A stretch of DNA of 64,000 nt from Rhizaria sp. SCN 62-66 (Eukaryota). The notes under the pieces are model-generated. The model did no database searches and was not told the DNA's origin. It worked only from the letters and a program-made list of their open reading frames with translations. The number at the start of each line of letters is the position of its first letter. Position 1 is the stretch's first letter. Positions 14,201 to 26,200 of this stretch are shown piece after piece. Location: positions 1-64,000 of the forward strand of contig MEDY01000067.1 in the NCBI GenBank assembly GCA_001724265.1, given 5' to 3'. A program made the position numbers and the translations under genes.

Positions 14201-17200
14201 TCCATCGAGGCACTGGCAGAGCGGCCCGAGAGGACGACGGCGCGCGGGGTGTGGGGCTCGCAGAAGACGCGCCAGAGCAAACCGGGGAGCGCAGCGTCCG
14301 GCTCGCACGAAGCCTTGTCAACGTAGAGACCGGCTTGCCAGGCACACAGAGGGTGGAAGCGCGCGGTGCAAGCAGATCCAGGCCCGTGGGTGTGAGCGCA
14401 AGGCAACGTGACACCGTGGTCAATGTGACACACACCGCAAAGACCTGCAGCGAGGATGTCGGTGGACGCAACGATAGCGCGGCGCATCCGTGCGTGGCGA
14501 CGGCGGGCAGCATCCACACCAACGATGGGACCCAGAGTCTCGGGATTGGCGAAAGACACACCGGGAGTCAGCAGAGCGCACACAACGTGGCACCACTCAC
14601 CCTCAATGATGTCACTGTCCTTGCACTCATCGTGGTCAGTGTCGCTGTCACTAGCGTCGCTATCGGAAGCAGCGACCGCGGCGGCAAACGCCTGAGCCAC
14701 AGCATCAGGAGCCATATCTGTCCGTCCTGAAAGACCAGCAGCAATGTCTGCAGTAGCAGTGTGAGCGTTGGTCCTTGCGTTGACGCGGGACGCGCGAGAC
14801 TTGCGCACGCGATTGATAGTGAGGCATGGCTTCAATGCGCCGTGAGAAGACGGGCATAATGCGCAGGCAAAGCGGCGGCGTAGAGACAGCGGGGCATTAG
14901 AACGACTCTGGGCCGCATCCGTGTCCACATCAACCATAGCAGCGCCAGCATGTGCGCTTGTAGAGCTGCTAAAGAGCGCCTGAGGCGCGAGTGTAGGAAC
15001 CGCCTCGTGCGAGCTCTTGCATTCGTCATCAGCGCAGCTCGCAGTGTGGTTGCGGCAGGCATCACCGTGCTTGCACTCGTCATCGCTCTCATCATCGTAC
15101 TGATCGTTATCATCAGCAGCGTCCGTAGCGCCAAACGCTCCACGGGGAAGGGCAGGTGCCTCCTTGAGTTCGGCCATGGCGCTCGCAAGCGCGCGCGCCA
15201 TGCCGCGGCTCCAGACGGGCGCCCACCCGGCATTGGCGCGCGTAGCCGCGGAAGACTCGGGTTTGGCACCGCAGTGCGCACGCTGGCCGCGGGCCTGCGC
15301 GCGCGCGAGGTGCGTGGAGACCTCGGCGGCGCCAGCGTACCAAGCCCAGGCGGCCTGACTCTCGGCGATGCCGCGCTGCTGCAGCCGCGCCGCAGCGCCG
15401 GCCGCGCAGTGGTCGCACTGCCAGGGGCGGCCAGCGCCAGGAGGCGCGTCCGCAGCGGGTGCAGCGGAAGCAGCGGCAGTGGCTGCAGCGTTCGCAGCAG
15501 CCGAGGCGCTCGCCGCGGTCGCAACCAATGCGTTCGACACACATGCACCATCAGCGTTTGAGCTGTCGGCTGCGGTGACTGCAGCAGCAGGGCGGGAGAC
15601 GGCGAGAGCAAGCGGCTCGGCACGGTGGCCGTAGCAGCGCGCGTGCACAACCAGGCCGCAACCGTCGCACAGCAGCACAGCATCCACAGTGGCAGTTGCC
15701 TGGCGCACTGCAACTGCAGCAGGCGATGCAGAAGCGGCACAGGTGGCCGTCGCTGAACCAGACACCGCCGATGACGATGAAGCGGCCGCAGACGTCGCGT
15801 CAGTCGTCGCAGCAAGTGAGCGCGAGACAGTGTTCTCGAGCAGCGCCTGTGTGCGCGTGCCAGTCACAAGCGAAGCCGCGGCGACGGCGTCGGTGGTAAC
15901 GTCCGCGACATTTCCAGTGCCCATTGCGGGCGTCAACGTAGATGCAGCAGCAGCAAGCGCAGCACCAAGCGTCTCAGAGTTGAGGGACGGAAGCTGCGTG
16001 TGCGACGCGGTGACTGCAAGAACGCCAGCAACAGCGCCCGCGACAGCGGTCACGGCGCCCATAGGCCCCGCGCTCGCGGCCTCGGTGACGGGCGCCGCAG
16101 CCAGCGCAAGCACGCTGCCCGGCGCAGTGACCGTGGGTGCGGCAGAGAAGAACTGCACACTGGCGGGGTGGCCGTGCGCTGCGGCCGTGGCCAGCGCGGC
16201 AGCCGCGGACACCGCGGCGGGCACGGCGGCAACGGTCATCGTCGCCGCCATCGCAGTGGACGGCGGCGGGTGAGCGCCCACGGAGACCTGGAGCGTTGTC
16301 ATGCCGGGCAACACAGTGCCTGCGGCGGCGGAAGCCAGTGCGTCGGCCAAAGCAGCCTCGGCCCCTCTACCAATGCCTGTGCCTGAGCTGGTCCCAGCAC
16401 CTGACAGGATCGCACCTGCGCCGAGATTGAGGGAAGTGGCAGCTGCAGCTGCGGCAGTGTGCGTCTGCGCTGCCGATGTGGCGCTAACCGCAGCCTGGTG
16501 GTTGCTTTGAGTAGTTTTGGCGGCGCCAGAGCCCGTGCCAATATGAGAAGCAGGCAGGGCAACGGCAGATGCAGACGTCGCGGGTGCGACTGGGGCAGCG
16601 GCGAAGCATACGCCGCAGACGGCATGCTCAAGCCCACCTTCGGTGCAATCACCGCGAAGCGCCAAAAGACGAGGACGCGCCTGCGCAACGGGCACCGTGG
16701 GCATGAGGCGCGAGCGCAGAGCGGCGTGCGACGGGGAAGCGTCGACGGCCGCTGCGAGCAGCGAGGACCACGCCGTGGGCCTGAAGAAGTCCTTCGTCGT
16801 GGATGACGCAAAACCGCAGGGGTTGGGCGGGGTAGCGGCCTCATCCTCATCCTCGGCGTCGTCGTCGTCGCAGCCACCGCAATCGAGCATCGAGCAAGCG
16901 GGTGTGGTCCTAGCGGGGGGCGCGATGCCCACGGCAGCAAGCGCCGCGGCAGAGGGCGCAGGAGCAAAACCGAGCGCTGAGAGCAACTGTTGCGAGCGCA
17001 CCGCAATTGAGCGTGCGAGATGAGACGTCGCAGCACAGCGTGCGGTGGCCGTCTGGCCCAGCAGCGCCTGCTGTTGTGAGCGCAAGACGTCGTCGGGCGA
17101 GTAGCGCCGCAGCAGCCACAGCGCCTCACGCGGCACACGCCCGCGGGCGGCAGATGCGGCGTCTGCAGCGGAGTTGTTGGCGATAGAGTCGTGCATAAGC

Positions 17201-20200
17201 ACGGTTTCATCACCGCTGGCGGCCCAGAGCGCGACCGCCGGCAGCCAGAGCTCGGCAGACGCGGCCGCGACAGCTGAACGACCGGCGGCCGTCCACGCGA
17301 CGGGCGCAGTCTCAGCCTCAGCCTCCGCAGCAGCTGCGGAAGCAATCGCTGCAGCGACGGCAGCCGCGTACGCGCTGGAGCTTGCCGCGGCGGATGTGCG
17401 ACCCCGGCCGCCGCCAGTAGCAGGTGGCACGGCGCCAGCAGTTGCGGAGGGGCCTGCTGCGGCGGCGGCAGCTGCGGCAGCAGCGGCAGCGGCAGAGGCT
17501 GCAGTTGCAGCGGCGGAAGGCCTGCCACGGGCGTTCGGAGGCCTGCCCGTACCAGCCGTTGCGCCTGCGCCAGACGAGGTGGAGACGGCGGCAGCGGCAG
17601 CGGCGGCAGCGAGCGCGGCAGGAGTGTTGCGGGGGCGAGCGGAAACAAGATCACCGTGGAAGACGCCGCCCGCAGCGCTCGGGTCAGCGTTCGGGCTCAG
17701 CAGGGTGAATGCCGGCGGGAACGCACTCGCACCAGCTGCGAAAGCGGCAGCAGCGTCTGCAGCCTCGACGTCCGAGACGCTCGCACCCGCAGATGCGGTG
17801 GGCGCGGACGGCATTGACGAGGCGGGGATGCCGCGCAGGTAGCGAGCGCGGGCGCGGTCGCTTTCCTCGGCAGCCAGGGGCAACAGCAGCAACGCGGCCG
17901 CGGCGGCGCACCGCACACGCGCGGGCGTCGAATCCTCACTCGAAGTGCTTGCGTTATTGTTGGCTGAGAGAGCATCGTCACCGTGATCGCCATGCAAAAG
18001 CAGGTCAACACCGTACCGGCACCCAGCACGGCCTTCGCACTGAGCGCCGTCGCGGCTGCTGCCACTGTTGCTTTCAGAGACAGTGCTGGCGCTCGATGCG
18101 GCGACATCGGGCGCAGCGGCGCGACAGGTGCAGACGCCGGGCAACGTGAGCACGGTCGTCACAACACAAAGCGCGAGGGGGAACAGTGTCGCAGCAGCAG
18201 CGGCATGCGCTGCAGCGGCGGCGGCAGCGGCGGTCGCAGCAGGAGTGGGTGCGGCCGCTCTGCCAGGACCGAAGCTCGACGAAGCCGCCTCCGCAGCGGC
18301 GGTGACGCTCGCGGCCGCAGCGGACCCCGCGAGCGCAGGGGCTGCAGGAGCAAGCTGGTTGGTGACCGTGAGCAAGGCCTCGCGCACCGCGGTCGTCGGC
18401 ACGGTCGCGGGGGCGTCGAACACACCGGCGCCGACGCGGCGCACGCCGCGCAGCGCAGCGGTCGCAGAGGGCGCGCCAGTGCCCGCGCGGACGGCGAGCG
18501 CACGCGTGCGGGCGCTGGCAGCCTCAGCAGCGGCGGGACCAGACGCATCAGCGCAGCCAGACACGGAGGCCACACTGCCGCTCACAGGAGCTGAGGAATC
18601 ACTCGTCGCGGACGCAGCGGCGGCGTATGCAGCAGCAGCGGCAGCAGAAGCGATGAACCCCATCACACGTGCACGGGCAGCGCGCTTGGAAGCATCGGAA
18701 CCCGTTTTGCCGGCGCGACCACAGTGTGCGGCAGCGGCGCGGTATAGAAGAGCAGCGAGCGGACCGCCACGAGCGACGCTCGCGCGCGCCCAGGACGGCA
18801 GTCCAGAGATGTCGCTCGCACTCGACTCAGCACTCTGATTCGACGCAGCGGCAGACGCAGCGATGCCGGCGCTCGTGCACAGCGACGCGTTGACGTGATA
18901 TGCAAGCGCGGATAGTGTGACTGCATCGTGGCATAAGGCAGCGCGACCGGCAGCGCGCGCGGCAGCGGCAGCATCTGAAGCGGCAGCGGCCCGCGCTGAG
19001 GCAGCCGCAAACACGGTATCAGGGACAGTGGCCACATCAGACGCTGCAGTACCGCACGAGAGCGCGCGGATGGCCTGCTTGCGCGCGTTGCGCTGTGTCT
19101 TGTCAGTGCCAGCGCCCGCGAACCAAGCACCGACAGAGGCAGCAAGCGCAGCGTCAGCGGCGCGTGCACGCGAGCGGGCTGTCGCGAGCGCGGTAGCCGC
19201 CTCAGGCAGAGCGGCGTCGCTCAGGAAGCCGCGGGAGGCAAGCGCAAGCGGCAGCCCAAACAGCGGCGGTATTGATGCAGATGCGGAAGCAGGCACTGTG
19301 GCGGAGAGCAAAGAGGGCGTCGGGCGCAGGAGGAACACGTGCTCGCCGAAGCCGGCGCTCAGCGCGAGCAGCAGCGGGCGCCAGCGCAGGCGGTGCAGCA
19401 GCGCGCGCACAGTCGCGTGCGCGTCGGCCGCGCGCAGCGCAGTCTCACGGCTGGTCACAGCAGCGGGCGGGCCGCACAGGAACGGCAGCGCCGGTGTGCG
19501 TGCAACAGGGGCGCGGGCGCGCACGGTCAGCGCGTGCGAGGGCAGCACCATCGCGCCGGTAGAAGCGGCGGCGGCAGCAGCGGCGGCGGCAAAGGATGAG
19601 GCGCGCGCACGCGCGCGGTAGGCGCGTATGCTGTCCAACAGTGCACGCGCCGCAGCGGCGTTGGCAGCGACCTGCGACTGCAGCACAGCCTGAAGGTGTG
19701 CCAGCGCCGGCGCCACGTCATCCTTGACGTCCAACACTCCTGAAAAGCCAGCGGCGGCTGCGGCAGATGCGGGCGTAACATTTGCGGCACCCTCAGCGCC
19801 AGCAGTAGCAGCGGCAATCGCGGCGGCCTCAGCGTAGATGCGCGGCAGATACGGCAGGTCGGGGAACGCGGGCGGGCCAGAGCGCCGCAAGGTTGAGCCC
19901 CACACCAGCAGCGGCGACGGCAGCGGCGTGCGCAGCAGTGTCGCGCGGTCAATCGCGGTTACGGCGCTGGCGGGGCGCGCGGAAGCTAGACGCAGTGTGG
20001 GCTGCTGCGCGCCCTCATCGATGATCATCTCAAGCAGCACGGTAGCGACGCCACCGCTGCAACTCGCGCTCGCGCTCGCAGTGCGAGGGCGCTTGGCGTC
20101 AGGGCCGCCGACGGCGAGCCGAACAAGGACGGGGCGCGAAGTCTCGCACGCTTTGGCTGCACGCGCAGCAGTGGGCAGCGCGTAGGGACGCGTGCCCAGA

Positions 20201-23200
20201 GGTGGGAACACGAACGCAGGGTCGGTCTCGCTCGGCAGCGGAGAGTCGATCGATGCGATGACGTCATCGTCGTCACCATCGCTGTCGGTCTGCTTGGAGT
20301 GGAGGCTGCTTGGACGGGCTGCACGGCGGAGAAAGGTGAGATGAGCAGGGGTAAGCGGGGCGAAGTAACCCTCTGTCACGGCAAACAGTGCGGCATGCGA
20401 CGCGATTGTAGGCTCTTCCAACACCGACGCGCCAAGACTGGCACTTGCACTCGAGCTTGCGCCAGCCCCGGATGTAATGCTACTTAGCGCAGGTGTGGCA
20501 CTAAGCGACGCGGAGGAGCTAGCGCTGAACGCGGGAACTGCAATCGGCACCGGCGCAGGCGCAGGCACGGGGGTTAGCAGACCCGGCGTAAAGACCACAG
20601 CGCTGCCGCACACATTACTGCCGACGGCGCCAGTAGCGGTCGCGGTTGCCGGCAAGAGAGCCGATAAGGCGGCGAAGCGCTGACTCGACCAGGTACTCTG
20701 GCCGGGGGCGGCAATCTTCGCAGTTCCAGTCGACAGCGCGGGAGCGGGGACGAGGATGGGCGCAGGAGCAGCGGCGACGTCGGCGGGCATCGCTCCCGCA
20801 GGCCCGGCGACCGTGGCCGCCGTGTGGTGGTCACTGAGCGCAAGCAAGGGCGCGGCCACGGCTGCGGCTGCGGCAGCAACGGACGCCACGGTCACTGGCA
20901 AGGGCACAGGGGCGCCGACCGTGACGCCCAAAGGCGGCGCAGCGGCCGCAGGCACGGTCATGGGCGCGGGGGGCGCGAGGGCGGGCGCCAGCGCAGCGGA
21001 CGCGGCTGCAACAGCAGCAGCAAGCAGCGCCGGCGGCAGCGAAGCGTTGTGTACGTTGCCGTCGACCAGCCCGGTGATGATGCGGCGTGCGCGCGCGACT
21101 GCGCTGTTCTCACCGTCCGTCATCGCCTTGTCAGATGTAGAGGAGAGAGAGTCCGCGGCAGGCGCGGGAAAGAGCCAGGGGGCGGCGGCAAGTGCGGTTG
21201 CAAGGGTGATGCTTCCAGTACTGCCGCTCGCGCCCACAGCTACTGCCGAGTCCGCTGCCGAAGCAAAAAACGACGCGGTAGGTGCGCTGGAATCCGCAGG
21301 CGGGGTCGCGAGCGCGATGGCGGGTGCAGCCCCGGCGGCGGCGAAAGACCGCAGCGCAGGCGAGAGGTGCAGGAACTCAGGCGTGCCCCAACGCCACTGA
21401 CCGCGGGCCTGAGACTGCGCAAAGGCCGCGTGCGCGGAGCTCGTTGACACGCGCGCCGCGCCGTCCGACACGACCACGTGCAGAGTCAGTGCGTCGGTCT
21501 CGGAGTCAGGATGGGCGAGAGCGTTGGTGAGCTGGCCCGCGGCGAAGCGCGCCGCTGTGAGTGCCGCGGCGGGGTCGAGCAGGGCCAGCTGGCGCGCGGT
21601 GGCGGCGCGGCGCGCAGCGGCCGCGGGGCCCTGGGCGAAAGCGGGCTGACGCGAGTGAAAGCGACCGCGCTGCCGACCAACAGCACTCGCTGCGGCAGCA
21701 GCTGCAGCGGCTGCGGCAGCCGTCGTCGAGCCAGCAGGGACGGCCCCCGCGCCGGTCGAAGGAGGAAACACCAGCGCAGCCGACGCGTGCGGCCCAGCGC
21801 CGGTCTGCGCGCGTGCCGGCGAGCCAGGCGCCACTCTGGCCCCCGGGTTGAGCGACGTGAAGCGCCCGCCGCGGCCCGCAACGACGCCGCGCGGACCGCC
21901 CTTGCTGGAGGACTTAGGCGGCCCGGTGCTGGATTTGCCGGGCGTCAACGAGCCCTTGGGCGACGACAGAGACGCGCCGGGGCGGACCGCGGTGCCGGTG
22001 CGCACGGGCGACGACGCGCCGGGCGCTGCGAGGCGCAAGCCGGAGGCAGAAGCGGGCGCGACGGCCGTCACAGAGGGACGGGCAGGCACGGCAACGGCGA
22101 CAGGGGCAGGAAGTGCAGCAGCGGTCGGGACAGGGGCGAGCATGGAAACTGCTGAAGCGGCGGCGGTGGCGGTCGCAGCAGCAATCACTGCAGCAGCAGC
22201 GGCCGTCGCGGCAGCAGGAGCAGCGACGGTAAGCAGTGACGCGGGCAGCGAGGGCGTGACGTGCTTGACTTGTTCTGCGTCGTCGTCCTCACTGTCAGCA
22301 GGCGCTGTCGTGGAGCTGATGATGAAAGCGTGTGCGCCCGCGGTGGCAGCGGGCGCGGCAGCGGTGGCCGAGGCGCCAGTGCGCAAAGTGTGCACATCGA
22401 CGGTGATGTCCTCGCCCGCCACAGCGCGTGTCAGCAGCGTGCAAGGGAAGAAAGTCGTGCTCACTGTTACTGCGCCTTCGCTCTCGCCCACATTCTCTGA
22501 GGCAGCCTCTGTCTTCACAACGGCATCGTCGGCATCAGCCGTAGCGGCGGTCGCCGGAGATACGGTATCGTCGTCATGCTCGTCATCGTCGTCGTCATTA
22601 GCGGCGGAAGATGCGGAAGCAGTCGCGTCAGCCTTGCCGGCGACCGCGGTGACCGTGGTCACGGGGACGACACTGGCGCCATCGGCGGCGAGCGCGGCGG
22701 CAGCGGCGATTGTGAGCGCGACTGCGCGCGCGTCCACGGCAACGGGCGCGGGCAAGTACGCCAGCGCAGCAGTCGTCAGCGAATCCGTGCCGGGCTCTGC
22801 GTTTTTGCTCGCGTCCGCGGCCGAGATGAACGCGGAAGGACGGGCCAGAAGCGGCGCAAGCGTGGGCGCGCCGGGAGTAGCGTTGTTCGCAGTGTAGTAG
22901 AGCAATGGGGGCAGCGTGGCCTCGTCCTGCATCTGGCCCTGGTTGTGTGTAGATGCAGGGGGCGATGCAAAGATGGCAGCTGTGACCGCAGCGGCGTCCG
23001 CATCGGCAGCCGCAGATAGAACAGCGTTTTCCTCAGCAGCCCACGCACGCATCGCGCACGCGCCGCAATTCCACGCGTGGGCCGCAAGGTCCTCCTGGCC
23101 AGCGGCAGCGTGTGCGCAGCGGGTCAGCGACAGCGAAAGCGGGGCGGGGCGGGGCAGCGCGCGGGCCGCGGCGAGCACGGCGGCGACGACCGCGGCGACG

Positions 23201-26200
23201 CCCACGGTGGCCGCGGGTGTCCGCGCAGCCGGCGCGGGCTGGGCGGCGAGAAGCGCGCGCACAAAGGCGAGGTGGTACGGTGACGCAGCAAGCGGTGACG
23301 GCGCGGCCGCTCTCTCGCTTCTAGCGTCAACTGAATTTTCATCGCCAGCGACAATGACAGCGGCGTCAGCAGCGAGAGAAACGTCCGCAGCGGCGACGAG
23401 CGCAGCGGCGTCGGCGAGCGTGGCCTCCGCCGCACCAAGCGCGGACGCGGGCGCGGGGGATGCAGTCCCAGCCGCTGCGACGACCGCAGCGGAAGCAGCG
23501 GCGGAAGCGGCCGCGGCAGCCACAGCAGGAGCGGGCGTGACCGTGAGCGCAGGCATGTAACCCTGTGCGAGTCCGAGGCCCGTGCCCGTCGCTGTCGCTG
23601 TGACAGCACCGGCGGCGTCCAGTGCGCGCGCCGCCGCTATGGAGGCTGCGGCAGCCGCAGCGGCGGGCGTGACGAGCTCGATGCGCGCCTCGTCGTCCGC
23701 AGCAGCAGAAGCAGGCTCCTGCTTGACGGCAGCGTCGTCGGTGGGCGCGGCACGTTTGGCGCGGCGCAGCGGCCGCTCGGCGGTCACAACGGTGACAGAC
23801 ACAGGGCACGCGAGGCCGGTCGCGACGAGGCGCGAGGCCGGGAACTGCGCCTGGGCCTGCGCCTGCGCGTGGGCCTGCGCCCGCGCCTGCGCCTGCGCGG
23901 CGTCGGGACCTGTGATCGCGACGGGGGGCGCGATGCCGGCGTGCTGGTGGTGGTGGTGATAGTCACGGCACGCCTGCGAAGAGGCGTCGGCCAGCGCGAG
24001 CGGCAGCGCCGCGGGGCTGTGCGTGGCCGTGGTCACACCTGAGACAGCCGCGAACACGCTCACGACGCCGCTGCCGCCGCTGCCGGACCCGCTGGCGCCG
24101 GCCACGGTGGACGCGGCGCTGGGTGCGGCGGCAGAAGCATCCGCAGCCGCAGACGTAGCGCCAGCGCCCGTCGAAGCATCGGAACCGGCGGAAGATGTGG
24201 TACTGCTCGCGCTAGAGCTACTGCTGCCGCTGCTGCTGGCCGCAGCGGCGGCAGCGGTGGCGGCGATCGCGAGAGCCGCGGCCCCGGAGACAGAGCCCAG
24301 CGCGCTCGCGCCCGCGCCCACGGCGGACTCGCCGTTTGCACCCGCGCCCGCGCTGACGCCGTCGCCGGCAGCCACCGCGAGCGCGAGGCTCACAGTGTCG
24401 AGGGCGCCGCCCGCGGCACCGCTGCTGGCGCTGCCGGAGGACGACGCAACAGAAGCAGGCGCGGTCACCAGCGGGCCGGGAGGAGGGACGGCGCCAGAAA
24501 CAGCGTATCCCGCGCCCGCGGCCGCAGCGGCGAGCGCGATCGCAGTCGGCAGCGGCTGCGTGGTCGCGGCAGCCGGCAGCGAGGTGAGCGTCGCCGTCGC
24601 GGCGAGGGATACAGCCGACGTGGTCGCAGACAGAGGGCAGTATGCGGGAGCGCGCGGGGCGCCGGGCGCAGCGACCACGGGCGCAGCAGCGGAGGCGGCG
24701 CCCGAAGGCAGCGGCGCAAGCGGAACTGCGGCCGCAAGGCCGAACAGCGCTGCCGACGCGGCGTCAGCATAGGGCCCGCTGGGACGGGTCTCACCCTTGG
24801 CCTGCGCCCTCCGCGACACCGCCGCTGCGGGGGGCGCAAGCAGGGGGGCGATTGCGGTGTTGACGGCACCCCAAACTGCGTAGCGGTGGCGGAGGGCGGT
24901 CACCGCGGCGCGCGCGTGGTTGCTGCCTGAGATACCAAGGATCGCGGCGCCGGCGCTCGAGCTAGTGGTCACGCCCGCGGCGGCGGCGGCAGCGGCGGCG
25001 GCGGCGGCGGCGCTCGTGGGCGACGGCAGCGGTGCGGCCGCGCCGGCCGAACCGGCCCCAGCGGCGCCAGTCGGCGTGCGCAGCGATAGCGGGCCGGTGC
25101 CGCTGCCGGCGGTGACTCCGCCTTCTGAGCCCGCGCCCGCGCCGGCGCCCGCACCGGGGCCCAGTACCGCGGCGGCGGCGGCCAGCGCGCGGCGGCGCGA
25201 CGCCCCCGAGCCGCGCGGCGCGGTCGCGGAGACCAGCAGCGCGCCCAGCGGGCCCGCGGCGGCGGCGGCGGCCGCGGCGGCGGCAGCGGGGTCCAGGCTT
25301 CCCACCGCTGATGACGGAGAGGACGAGGAGGCGGGCGACAGCGCCGGCAGGCCGCGACGGCCGGCGGCTGCGGCCGCGTCAGGCGCGGCGAGCAGGAAGT
25401 CAAGCCGCCCCTGCGACAGCAGCGCGGTGAGTGCGCGCGAGCCCGCCCCGGCGGCGGCCGCAGCCGTGCGGCCGCCGCCGGAGGCGACGGTGAACAGTCC
25501 GCCCCATCCGGCCCCGGGGCCCGCAGTCGCAGCGCCGGCAGCGGCGGCCCCGGCGGCGGCCGCAGCAGCGGCAGCGAGCGCGGGCGCGAAGGCCGGATGC
25601 GGTGCCGCGAGCAGCAGCGGGAGCCCGTGCGTGAGGACCGGAGCGGTCTGTGTCAGCCGCAGCAGGTGCGCCGCCAGCGCGCGCGGCGCGTGGTGCGCGA
25701 AGCTCGACAGCAGCGTCAGCACGGCCGAACCGGCGCCCGCGCCAGTTGCGGCGCTCAGCGCGGCCGCCAGCGCAGGGGCGCCAGCGCCCGCGGCGGCTGC
25801 GGCGGCCGCAAGCGTCGCGAAGCGTGGCAGGGGCAGCAGCGGGAACGGTGACGGCGGCGGCGCAGCAGCCGCGGCAGCGGCGGCAGCTGCGGCGGAGGCA
25901 GCGTTCGCCGCAGCGAGCGCAGCAGCGGCCGCAGCGCGGCGCGCGCCAATGGAGTCCGCTGCCGCCCCACCAGTAGGCACGGCGGCGTTCGCGGCGGCAG
26001 CGGCAGCGGAAGCGGCAGCAGCGGCGGCAGCAGCAGCCGCAGCAGCGGAGGTCCCGGTGGTCCCCGTCGCGACCTTGCCAGAAGTCAAGACAGTGCCAGA
26101 GGCGGGGGCAGCGTTCGCCGGCGACCCCAAAGTAAGCGCAGAGCTCCCGTGGCTGTGCGTAGACGCGACGCCGATGTACGCGGCGTCCTGTGCGAGCGGC

